From the sequence record PZ386963.1: DNA of 64,000 nucleotides. One strand, 5' to 3'. Each line of letters opens with the position of its first letter. The first letter of the stretch is position 1. The DNA is from a phage. Below the pieces are notes generated by a model. That model was not told where the DNA came from. It saw nothing but the letters and a program-made list of their open reading frames with translations, and made no database searches. Shown piece by piece: positions 47,822 through 56,666 of the stretch. A program made the position numbers and the translations under genes.

Positions 47822-48427
47822 TTAAATCAGATTTTCTAAAACTGCTTTTAGTGATGACTTAGTTGTCTGATAAAAATGAGTGAATCCATTGTTGTTATCA
47901 AATATCTGCATCATGATATCATCTCCCTTGATTGGATACACTCGGATATCATAGTGAAACCCATTAAAGACAGCAGAACCATTACAGAATACACTAAAAT
48001 CACTTGCTGAGATATACTCTTCATGACCTGTGATTTTTATACAGACACCTTTACTCGGTCTCTTAGGGTTGATATCTTCCATCACAGACATACTCTGCCC
48101 ACCAAGAGATACCATCGTGACCACTTTACGGTTCTTCTGTTTAAAGTACATTTTAACTTTCTGTAAAGTGTCTTCATAGAACGGATAAGACTTCTCTACA
48201 AAGATTCCTTCCAATGGCTCTTTACCATTTTCAACTTCTCTGTTATGCCGTACTGCAAAGATAATTTGTTCGAACCAGTCAAGATTTTCTTCGGAGAGTG
48301 CTTCTCGAATATCACTCCAGTCAAGGACTAGGTAGTTACCTTCAACTTCTTTTAAGTTATCTTTTTCCATAGCTATCACACCATTATCGTAAGACTTGGT
48401 AATCTGGTACTGCAAACTTGTTGTCAT
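47822..48427 (-). CDS. Hypothetical protein
   Basis: 201-aa ORF (start may be internal Met). Confidence 0.4.
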   Translation of the reverse strand: MTTSLQYQITKSYDNGVIAMEKDNLKEVEGNYLVLDWSDIREALSEENLDWFEQIIFAVRHNREVENGKEPLEGIFVEKSYPFYEDTLQKVKMYFKQKNRKVVTMVSLGGQSMSVMEDINPKRPSKGVCIKITGHEEYISASDFSVFCNGSAVFNGFHYDIRVYPIKGDDIMMQIFDNNNGFTHFYQTTKSSLKAVLENLI

Positions 48428-48848
48428 TGTTTTTAATGAGGTCTTCTTCTGTCACTAAGAATGTAAGACCACACAAGTGCGTATAGCAGCTATCATACTC
48501 AAATATTTTAAGTAAGTATTTACCATCATGATAGACAGACTCTACTACACCTTTTGCAACAATCTTTCCAGTCTTGAAGTCTTTAAGACGGTATACATTA
48601 CCAACTTTAGGGACTGTTTTCACTTCAGGCTCTTTTAGTTTCTCACCAGCTTCTACATCACCTAGCAAGTTAGAACTTTCAAACGCTACATATTGCATAT
48701 AAGCTTCTGAGCATTCCCAGATAAAACAGTGTACAAGAACCTTAGCAGCATGTCTTGAGCAATTCAGCTTATCACAAATCTCTTTGTACATGTCATCTTT
48801 AGTTGAGTTGTCAAGCATTGCTTTTTGAACGACTTCTTTAATTTTCAT
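48384..48848 (-). CDS. Hypothetical protein
   Basis: 154-aa ORF. Confidence 0.4.
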   Translation of the reverse strand: MKIKEVVQKAMLDNSTKDDMYKEICDKLNCSRHAAKVLVHCFIWECSEAYMQYVAFESSNLLGDVEAGEKLKEPEVKTVPKVGNVYRLKDFKTGKIVAKGVVESVYHDGKYLLKIFEYDSCYTHLCGLTFLVTEEDLIKNNDNKFAVPDYQVLR

Positions 48849-49260
48849 AAGCTCTCCGAATAACCCTATTAAGCATCTCTAAAGTCAGCTTTCCAGATTC
48901 TAAATGTGGCATAACAAGCTTTAAAGCTTTTTCAACATCATGCACAACATCTATTATACCTTCTACATAGGCTTCCACAAGGATATCTTTTACACCAATA
49001 TAGTTTTCATTGATGAGGATTTGCATATCAAAATCTTTTGGATTCCGGTTTAATTTACCTCTCCAATACCCATCTACATTAAAAGATATGACTTCACGCT
49101 CATGAAAGTCTACACCATCTGCACTAAATGGGTTAAGTATTGTGCATTGGATTGGATATTCTACACCAGTGGTGTCAACATCAAAGACCTTCACAGAAGT
49201 GAGTGGTTTCTTTGTTTTAGAGCAGTAAACTGTCAGTCTTTTACCAATAAGCTCTTTCAT
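48838..49260 (-). CDS. Hypothetical protein
   Basis: 140-aa ORF. Confidence 0.4.
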   Translation of the reverse strand: MKELIGKRLTVYCSKTKKPLTSVKVFDVDTTGVEYPIQCTILNPFSADGVDFHEREVISFNVDGYWRGKLNRNPKDFDMQILINENYIGVKDILVEAYVEGIIDVVHDVEKALKLVMPHLESGKLTLEMLNRVIRRAYEN

Positions 49261-49313
49261 TTCGCTACCTTCTAAGTTTCTACAAAGGGGCTATCAAGTA
49301 ACCCCTCAAACTA

Positions 49314-49538
49314 TTACTCAGACTTTTCAGTCTTCTTATCGGATTTCTTGCTAGTCTTCTTCTCAGCTTTCTGTTCAGGCTCCTTCTCAGGAGTTGCCTT
49401 GATAACCATATCAAGAAGCTCTGATAAGTCACTCTTCAGCAAAGTAACAGGCTGCTCGTTGTAGAAGTTTTTGTCAAGATAAACTTTAAACTCTTCTATA
49501 GAAGGAAATCCAAAAATTGGTACAGGTGTCTTAATCAT
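49314..49538 (-). CDS. Hypothetical protein with Lys-rich C-terminus
   Basis: 74 aa. Confidence 0.35.
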   Translation of the reverse strand: MIKTPVPIFGFPSIEEFKVYLDKNFYNEQPVTLLKSDLSELLDMVIKATPEKEPEQKAEKKTSKKSDKKTEKSE

Positions 49539-49614
49539 TACTTAGTCTCTCCATAGGCATCTTTTAAGATTGCCTTGTTAATCATTTCAGCGATTGCAAA
49601 ACGAACACATACAG

Positions 49615-50148
49615 CTATAATTGTAGGTTGCATTCTTTACTTACCTCTTCAAGTTTAACCTCAGAGTCCTTAAGTCGTTTCTTATGAACTCTGAATCTTA
49701 TTAGTGAGATGATAATACCAGCTAAAGGAACAGCATACAAGTACCAGATATCGTGTATCTTTGTAGTAATCTGTGTAATTGTCAAATCTTGAGCTATGCA
49801 GCTAATTGCTGATACTGCCAGTAGCATTGCTAAGAAGAACGCAAGTACCATAACAATACTTAGGCAACCTCTGGCATGGTGTTCATGCTTAATACACTTA
49901 TTCTTTTCGTCAACAACTCTGTTGTAGTCATTTGCAAAGTCTCTGTAGAAAGCTTTCAGGTATTCTTGAGTGTAGCCTTCAAAGCAACCTGTACCATACC
50001 AATAATCACCACCGAAATGTGCTATGATACCAGTCTCTCCATTTGGTTTCGTCACTCTTAAAGAAGTGTGATGGCGAGTATCCTGAAAATCTATCTTGTA
50101 TCTTTCTTCGTAAATCATTTTCCAACCCCTCTCAATCGTTTGTTCCAC
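49615..50148 (-). CDS. Membrane protein
   Basis: Predicted TM helices in C-terminal half. Confidence 0.4.
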   Translation of the reverse strand: MEQTIERGWKMIYEERYKIDFQDTRHHTSLRVTKPNGETGIIAHFGGDYWYGTGCFEGYTQEYLKAFYRDFANDYNRVVDEKNKCIKHEHHARGCLSIVMVLAFFLAMLLAVSAISCIAQDLTITQITTKIHDIWYLYAVPLAGIIISLIRFRVHKKRLKDSEVKLEEVSKECNLQL

Positions 50149-50333
50149 TCAAGGTCAACAAGTCTTTGCAGGACTTTCCCTCTAGGTGTTACACCTTTTA
50201 AATCTGCATCATAGCAACGGTAAAAGTCACCTTCAGCGTGTTTACCATAGCATTTTATGATATTCTGGCTTCTGCGATACTGCTCTAATAGGGACAGTTT
50301 GTAGTAATCTTCAACTGTAGTTAACTTTTTCAT
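50115..50333 (-). CDS. Hypothetical protein
   Basis: 72 aa. Confidence 0.3.
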   Translation of the reverse strand: MKKLTTVEDYYKLSLLEQYRRSQNIIKCYGKHAEGDFYRCYDADLKGVTPRGKVLQRLVDLEWNKRLRGVGK

Positions 50334-50875
50334 TCTTTCACCATAGCATTTCTGAACTGGCGTTGTGTTTCTCTTGTAATTTCGTTTGGAGTAAACCCTG
50401 CTTTTAGCATATCTCTGAAAAGAGCTTCTAAGTGGTTCCTCTCAATGATGTAAATGGCATTCTGAATAGCTGTTTTACGCTCCTTCAAGTCACTGCTAAT
50501 CTCTTCACACTTACTGGTAAGCTCTGTATCAACTCTCTTAAAGGGTGGTATAATATGTGTATGACCACCTTTAGCAGCATCCATGAAAAATTTAAAAGAT
50601 TCTTCAGAGTCCTTTAGAGCAATCCCTATAAAGTTTTTGTAAGCACCTGTGAAAGATAAGGAATCAATCTCAGCAGTTGAGTATACAGTCCCTGCACACA
50701 GTCTTGCAGAAGTACTAAATGTGTGGTTTGGTGTTGTGTCAAAGTCTAAGTTCTTCAGTGGTCGAAAATAAACTGTACCATTGTGTGAGACATATGTCAC
50801 AACAGCCTCCACACTCTTTGAAGGATTCTGTTTAACATACAAAATAATTTTATCGTGTTCTTTCACTTTAGCCAT
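50330..50875 (-). CDS. Hypothetical protein
   Basis: 181 aa. Confidence 0.4.
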   Translation of the reverse strand: MAKVKEHDKIILYVKQNPSKSVEAVVTYVSHNGTVYFRPLKNLDFDTTPNHTFSTSARLCAGTVYSTAEIDSLSFTGAYKNFIGIALKDSEESFKFFMDAAKGGHTHIIPPFKRVDTELTSKCEEISSDLKERKTAIQNAIYIIERNHLEALFRDMLKAGFTPNEITRETQRQFRNAMVKE

Positions 50876-50947
50876 ATCTATTCTCCAGAAACTAAAAAGG
50901 GAACTACCTCTCGATAGCTCCCATCATAATCAATATTGTATACTTGG

Positions 50948-51529
50948 TCAAGAGTATTTTTTAGGCAGTAATGCACTGCGCTTGTTACTCTCTTCACTCA
51001 ACAGTGCAATGAAATCATCACTTTTACCTTTCCACGGGCTGAATGAAGGGATATGTTCACGGATAGCCTCAATAACCGTCTTAAGTGCTGTGTTCTTCAT
51101 CCACCAATCAGAATCTGCTGATGCTACCACGTAGTATCCACCGTCATCAGTTAAAATTGGCTCTGAAATACATGGTGAAATCAAAGTGGTGATGATTGAA
51201 CCGTTGTTCATGTAGTATGTACGCTTCATAACCTTTTCAAGAAGCTTGTGAAGGTCACCAAACAGTGTTACAAGTTCTTTGTGGTCGATGTCTTTTTCGA
51301 GATTTGCTCGGTACTTCAATAGTGCAGCATCAACCTCTCTGTCATTAAACTTGAAGTACTGAACTTCATCAACAAGGCAAACACTGATGTTGTTAACATT
51401 CATAGTCAGCTTGCAAACTTTTGCAGGAGAGTTGATGCTTGGTTGAAAAAGTGCTACACACCCTTCAATATTTCCAAAGTGTTGTACAAGTGTTACTTGT
51501 GGAATGATATCCTGTTGCTCTTCGGACAT
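50948..51529 (-). CDS. Hypothetical protein
   Basis: 193 aa. Confidence 0.4.
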   Translation of the reverse strand: MSEEQQDIIPQVTLVQHFGNIEGCVALFQPSINSPAKVCKLTMNVNNISVCLVDEVQYFKFNDREVDAALLKYRANLEKDIDHKELVTLFGDLHKLLEKVMKRTYYMNNGSIITTLISPCISEPILTDDGGYYVVASADSDWWMKNTALKTVIEAIREHIPSFSPWKGKSDDFIALLSEESNKRSALLPKKYS

Positions 51530-51873
51530 TACAGTTTCCTCATTAAATACTTTTTAAGTTGTGTGTTAGGTTTCTCAAAAACTTCTATAGAAGATATCTT
51601 GACAGCTTCACCACGCATACCTGTATGTTTGAATATGTAATACTCTAACATTCCTATGTACTTTGCTGGTAAGTCATATTTGACATACACCGCCACAGAA
51701 TCTTCAAATTCAACAACCTTTGTACCATCTTTATAGTTAAACTCTTTAGGATGGTTGTAGTTGTCTATGTCGTACATTAAAAAGAGTCTTTTACGTTGTA
51801 AGTCAAGCTTATTTGTTAAAGACTCTTTGATATCTGAGAAGTTTTTGTAAACTGTGACATGGAGCTTACTCAT
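51529..51873 (-). CDS. Hypothetical protein
   Basis: 114 aa. Confidence 0.4.
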   Translation of the reverse strand: MSKLHVTVYKNFSDIKESLTNKLDLQRKRLFLMYDIDNYNHPKEFNYKDGTKVVEFEDSVAVYVKYDLPAKYIGMLEYYIFKHTGMRGEAVKISSIEVFEKPNTQLKKYLMRKL

Positions 51874-52159
51874 CGTTAAACTCTCTGACGAAGAAATAGT
51901 TGACTTTGTTATTACCTACCATAAGGTCAAAGCAGGTATTCTCAAAAGGTTTGTTGTAGGCATCATAAGAAGTATATGAGTCAGCTACTTGTTTAGTATT
52001 GAGCTTTTTACTTGATGGGTTTAAGAGGCCACCATACAGCTTCTTGATAGCCTCTTCTACAACAGACCAGATAATTTCGTCAGTAATTTCTTCGTACAGG
52101 TCAAGTTCACGCTCTAGTGAGAAGTCACAAATAGGGAAAACAACCTGTACTTTACTCAT
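51866..52159 (-). CDS. Hypothetical protein
   Basis: 97 aa. Confidence 0.35.
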   Translation of the reverse strand: MSKVQVVFPICDFSLERELDLYEEITDEIIWSVVEEAIKKLYGGLLNPSSKKLNTKQVADSYTSYDAYNKPFENTCFDLMVGNNKVNYFFVREFNDE

Positions 52160-52548
52160 TAACGAATAACCTGTGAGACTTGAATTGCTTCAGTTACTGA
52201 CAAGTCACCTACTTTCTCTTCTTTGATAAAAGTGAAGGTGAGTTCAACAGGTTCTTGCTCTTCTTGCTCAACTGGAATACCGTTAAGCTCATCACGGATT
52301 GATTGAGTTGTCCAATCTTCCCCACCATCTGGATAATGGATTGCATAAAGTGGGAACTCCATGTCATACCAACCAAATACAGGGCAGCCATCTGCATCAT
52401 CTCGCACTCTGCGAAGGGTGCTACCTGAGTCTGTAAAACGAAGACTAATATTACCGTTACACTCAAAAATTATTGCATCAGCGAGACCGATATCTTCTCG
52501 ACCATCATGAGCAAAAGTGTCAACTTTTACTTGAATCTCTTTATTCAT
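52159..52548 (-). CDS. Hypothetical protein
   Basis: 129 aa. Confidence 0.4.
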   Translation of the reverse strand: MNKEIQVKVDTFAHDGREDIGLADAIIFECNGNISLRFTDSGSTLRRVRDDADGCPVFGWYDMEFPLYAIHYPDGGEDWTTQSIRDELNGIPVEQEEQEPVELTFTFIKEEKVGDLSVTEAIQVSQVIR

Positions 52549-52939
52549 AAAAACCTCTCTCTGCTTGTTCGATTTTTGCTCTTAAAGTTTCGCAATGCTG
52601 TAAATGGTAGTTAGCTTCTTGTTCATGTGTTGCTAACTGCCTTTCCAGAACAGTTTTATAGTAACCTGCAAGTTGCTCTTTTGTCAATGGGTGCTCTGAA
52701 ATAATATCAAGTCCACTTTCACCAAGAGGGCTGAATTGTCCATGTTCGTTGACATTGTAAGTCTCAAACTTGAACAGGCCATTGTTCACAGACTCAATAG
52801 GTGACAGTTCAACAAGTTCTACAGTAAACCGTGTATACACCCTGTCGCCTCTTGAAACCACATTGTTTCCGACAATGCGTACAAGCGAGCCATTACGAGT
52901 GTACTTAAAAGTTCCAAAGTCACTAGCCCAAAGTTTCAT
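52541..52939 (-). CDS. Hypothetical protein
   Basis: 132 aa. Confidence 0.4.
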   Translation of the reverse strand: MKLWASDFGTFKYTRNGSLVRIVGNNVVSRGDRVYTRFTVELVELSPIESVNNGLFKFETYNVNEHGQFSPLGESGLDIISEHPLTKEQLAGYYKTVLERQLATHEQEANYHLQHCETLRAKIEQAERGFYE

Positions 52940-52952
52940 AGTTTTCTCCTTA

Positions 52953-52980
52953 GAAAATAAAAAAGGCTCCCGAAGGAGCC
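52953..52980 (-). terminator. Rho-independent terminator downstream of lysozyme gene
   Basis: GGCTCC-TTCG-GGAGCC hairpin with T-run on minus strand. Confidence 0.55.
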
Positions 52981-52990
52981 TATGAAGATA

Positions 52991-53455
52991 TTACTTTGGA
53001 TATAGATTGTCAAGATAAATGGCAGCTTCCATTCTACGTCTGTTTTTCAGGCCGTTTGAAGTGACCTTCTTACCTTTGACTGTAACCTTGTTCCACCACT
53101 GCATAGCTTCTGCACAACCTACCTTATTACCAGCATTGTGACGCTTGATAAATGTAGAGTCCTGCATGGCTGTGATGCCAATGTTGTATGTTTCACTTAC
53201 AAGTGCATCAAACTCGTTCTGAGAAGTTGGAACCTTGATGGCTTTGTTAACTGCTGCAACGAACTTTTCAACATCTGCGAGAAGGTACTGTTCAGCTTGT
53301 TCAGCGGTAATCTTCATACCCATCTTAACAGGCTTACCAGCAATGCGGATTGTCCCATACCCAATTGTTGGGATTCCAGCAGAATCTTCGTAAGCCTCTA
53401 GCTTAAGACCTTCAAAGAACTTAATAGCTTCTAAACCTTTTCTTGAGAGTTGCAT
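52991..53455 (-). CDS. Endolysin, T4-type lysozyme (glycoside hydrolase family 24)
   Basis: FEGLKLEAYEDSAGIPTIGYG aligns with the T4 lysozyme Glu/Asp/Thr catalytic region. Confidence 0.75.
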   Translation of the reverse strand: MQLSRKGLEAIKFFEGLKLEAYEDSAGIPTIGYGTIRIAGKPVKMGMKITAEQAEQYLLADVEKFVAAVNKAIKVPTSQNEFDALVSETYNIGITAMQDSTFIKRHNAGNKVGCAEAMQWWNKVTVKGKKVTSNGLKNRRRMEAAIYLDNLYPK

Positions 53456-54588
53456 TATGCCTCCCCTGCTGGGTTAACAGTAACTGTTGCTGCATTAGAT
53501 GTTACAGAGCCACCTGCACCAGTAACTACACAGGTGTAGCTTCCTGCATCAGCAGCGGTTGCACCTTCTTTGGTGTAAGTTGCAGTAGTTGCATCGAGGA
53601 TGTCTTCCTCACCTTTCTTCCACTGGTAGCCTGTTGCACCTGTTGCCACAACATCCAGCGTTAAGGTATCACCTTCATTGATTTCTTGATTGGTTGGCTG
53701 TTGAGTAATTACTGGAAGTGCGTTCACAGTTACTACAGCAGCATTAGATGTCACTGCACCACCTGCACCTGTTACAACGCAAGTGTATGAACCTGCATCT
53801 GCTGGCAGAGCACCAGACTTGCTATAGGTGGCATCTGTAGCCGAAGGAATGTCAGAGCCATCTTTCTTCCACTGATAACCTGTTGCACCTGTTGCAGCCA
53901 CTTCCAAGTTGATGTTTCCACCCTCATTGATGGTCTGGTTAGAAGGTTGCTGTGTAATCACAGGCAGTGCGTTGACAGTAACTGTTGCCGCATCTGAGGT
54001 AACACTTGTCCCAGCCTCTCCAGATACAACACAAGTGTATGAACCTGCATCAGAAGGTAATACAGACTGTTTTGTGTAGGTTGCAGATGTGGCACTAGTG
54101 ATATCCTCACCACCCTTTTTCCACTGATATCCAGTGGCATTCGTTGCAACAACGCTTAGGGTAAGCGTACCACCTTCATTTACTGTTTGATTGGTTGGCT
54201 GCTGAGTGATTGCTGGCGGCTTGATAGCATCCTTCAACTTAGCATTCAACATTGAGAATGGTTTAACTCTTGCCAGCCATTCACAATAAATTGTATCAAC
54301 GTCTTTACCATTGATAATTGCATATTGTAAGTCCATGAAGAAGTCAGAAGTTCTCATTTGAGCACCGATGCTGTAAAGCAACTCATCACTAAATGGAACT
54401 TTGTAGTCTGGTTTGTAGTCAAACTCCTCAACTTCTGCAATATCAGCTTCAGGCCAATATGAGCTATAGGTGAGTGGTAAAATAGCCTCTTGATATGTTC
54501 TAAAATCATATCTCTTACCAGCCTTTACATTTGCAATGAAGCCCTTCACAAACTCTTTGAAGTCTGGGTAAGTCTTTGCTTTAATCAT
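53455..54588 (-). CDS. Protein with N-terminal domain paralogous to 54585-54956 product plus three tandem Ig-like repeats
   Basis: ~85-aa unit ITQQP(S/T)NQT(I/V)NEGG...GYQWKK...GSYTCVV...TV(N) repeated three times. Confidence 0.5.
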   Translation of the reverse strand: MIKAKTYPDFKEFVKGFIANVKAGKRYDFRTYQEAILPLTYSSYWPEADIAEVEEFDYKPDYKVPFSDELLYSIGAQMRTSDFFMDLQYAIINGKDVDTIYCEWLARVKPFSMLNAKLKDAIKPPAITQQPTNQTVNEGGTLTLSVVATNATGYQWKKGGEDITSATSATYTKQSVLPSDAGSYTCVVSGEAGTSVTSDAATVTVNALPVITQQPSNQTINEGGNINLEVAATGATGYQWKKDGSDIPSATDATYSKSGALPADAGSYTCVVTGAGGAVTSNAAVVTVNALPVITQQPTNQEINEGDTLTLDVVATGATGYQWKKGEEDILDATTATYTKEGATAADAGSYTCVVTGAGGSVTSNAATVTVNPAGEA

Positions 54589-54956
54589 TTCTTTTTAGCC
54601 TCTAAATGTGCGTTTAGTCTAAAATAACCTTTGTGATGCGGAGATACATCACCAACAACAATACCTTTAACCTTATAACCTTTACCAATTACATACTGGA
54701 TATCCATAAGGAATCTTCCAAGACCAACAATATGGAACATTGGATATAATAGATTCTCAGAATCTGGAATATTGATTTCAGGTTTGTAGGTACGCTGTTC
54801 GCTTGTTGGTGTAATATCTTCTTCAGGCCACTTACTGAGTCTCCATGTCAAAGGTGTTGGGATAACATCATTAAGGTTGTACCTTTCACCATTTTGCACG
54901 GAATTGATATAGGATTGTAGGAAGCAATAAAAGTCTTTTGCACTCTTAGCTTTCAT
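54585..54956 (-). CDS. Hypothetical protein, paralogue of N-terminal domain of 53455-54588 product
   Basis: Shared MxKAKxxxDF...YINxVxxGxRY and FLMDIQY(V/A)I motifs. Confidence 0.45.
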   Translation of the reverse strand: MKAKSAKDFYCFLQSYINSVQNGERYNLNDVIPTPLTWRLSKWPEEDITPTSEQRTYKPEINIPDSENLLYPMFHIVGLGRFLMDIQYVIGKGYKVKGIVVGDVSPHHKGYFRLNAHLEAKKK

Positions 54957-55003
54957 TAAATATCCTTATAAATAGTTAAAGGGGCATCAGCCCCTATTCA
55001 CAC

Positions 55004-55594
55004 TTAAGCTTTGGTCTTAAGTAGGTTCTTAAGTTTTTTAAGATTCATACTCTCATCAAACTTAAAACCAAATCCATTGACATAATCAATGAACTCGGAT
55101 TTCTTACTAAGTGACAATGCGTAACTCATATCAAAGTTCTTACTTGTTTCTGCGTCTGGACTAGAGTTCACATCAAATGAAATTTCTGTAGGCTCTTGCT
55201 TACTTTTTCTCATATTATCAACCAACAAACATGTATAGTTTGCTGGATAGAAGTTTACACTACCATCAACGTAGCTGTACTTATTATTATGGATAAGGTT
55301 GGAAAATACCTTAAGAAATGTTTCTGAGTCGTGGCAAACAAGTTTGAATTGGCTGCTCTCTCCAAGCGCAACTAATGAGTACGGACTTTCACTATCAAAG
55401 TCATAATTTGGATTCGATGCCGTCACTGTTACACGCATCAAGTTATTAGCAATAGTCTTCTGTTTAAAAGAATTTTGAACATAGTGAAGACCTCTATCAC
55501 ACTGATTGACTAGCTCTTTAAGTAGGTCATTTGCATATGGTGAATTAATTGATACAGAGCCATCACTATTGTAATTAAAACTTACTGTTAACAT
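55004..55594 (-). CDS. Hypothetical protein
   Basis: 196 aa. Confidence 0.4.
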   Translation of the reverse strand: MLTVSFNYNSDGSVSINSPYANDLLKELVNQCDRGLHYVQNSFKQKTIANNLMRVTVTASNPNYDFDSESPYSLVALGESSQFKLVCHDSETFLKVFSNLIHNNKYSYVDGSVNFYPANYTCLLVDNMRKSKQEPTEISFDVNSSPDAETSKNFDMSYALSLSKKSEFIDYVNGFGFKFDESMNLKKLKNLLKTKA

Positions 55595-55821
55595 TTTTCA
55601 GTTCTCCTGCGATTTATAATTTTGCTGCAATAGAGAAACGAAGTAAACTCACTGGAAGAAACCATTAAGTGTTGTTCACTAGATTGAGCCATTGCCCTGA
55701 AATACATTCCAGTCAAAGCATCATAGTGACTATTCTTTCCAATTGAGGTTATATAGCCATGACTCTTTGCAGTTTGATATAAATCTATAATATCTGCGAT
55801 TTCTAATTGGGAACTACACAT
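55588..55821 (-). CDS. Hypothetical protein
   Basis: 77 aa. Confidence 0.3.
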   Translation of the reverse strand: MCSSQLEIADIIDLYQTAKSHGYITSIGKNSHYDALTGMYFRAMAQSSEQHLMVSSSEFTSFLYCSKIINRRRTEKC

Positions 55822-56213
55822 AGATAATCCTCTTGTCTTCTGTAATTTTGAAAGAACAGGTACAGACCAATTTCAGAGGATGAATAGTAGAGTAACTCTA
55901 CCCTTTTTGATTCCTTACAGTGATTGGTATTTTTACCTTTCTTCGGGTTGTTTGATTTTCTCATTAAGTCTCCTTTGTAGAACAAGGCAGACCTACAGCT
56001 TTAAGTAAGATGGTACAGTAATCCATACAACAAGTCAAGAACTATTGCAAGTTAAAAAAGTTGTTGACAAAGTACTTGACAAGGTGTAGGCTTATAAATA
56101 CTTAGAAGATAACTTAAAAGGTTCCTCTAAAAAGGCTATTTAAACAGATATCTTTCTGGATATCTATCTTTTATCTTAAAAGCCTTTTAAGAGGTCTTAT
56201 AAGAGGCATACCA

Positions 56214-56585
56214 ATGAAAAACAGAACAAACAAAGGCCAGTTTAAAAAAGGCCAGTCTGGAAACCCATCTGGAAGACCGAAAGGCTCACGTAACAAAAGT
56301 TCTCTCGTAAAAGCTCAACTGACCATTGATAATTCTGCTGAGTTTGCTGCAAAGTTGTTTGAAGCAATTGTTACAAGGGATGCTGCTAAGCTTGCAGAGT
56401 TCGGGTTAAACACAGACGACGTAACCATCAAGAGCATGATTGAGGTCGGTAAAACTATCATGACTCACTCAGCAGGTGAGATGAAAGCCATTGCAGCAGA
56501 CACTAAGAAGACTCCTGATAACGGTGGTCAGTCTCAGACAGATAACAAACCAACGTTCTCTGCTGTAGCGACTCTCAAAAAATAA
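56214..56585 (+). CDS. Hypothetical protein with N-terminal GQSGNPSGRPKG motif
   Basis: Basic Gly/Pro-rich N-terminal signature recalled as recurring at phage protein N-termini. Confidence 0.4.
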   Translation: MKNRTNKGQFKKGQSGNPSGRPKGSRNKSSLVKAQLTIDNSAEFAAKLFEAIVTRDAAKLAEFGLNTDDVTIKSMIEVGKTIMTHSAGEMKAIAADTKKTPDNGGQSQTDNKPTFSAVATLKK

Positions 56586-56666
56586 TTTTAAAAGGTGTTG
56601 ACAGACTCTACAAAGTTGCTCTAAAGTCTGTCACATCAAACAACAAATGAGAGAAGAGAGTAAAAT

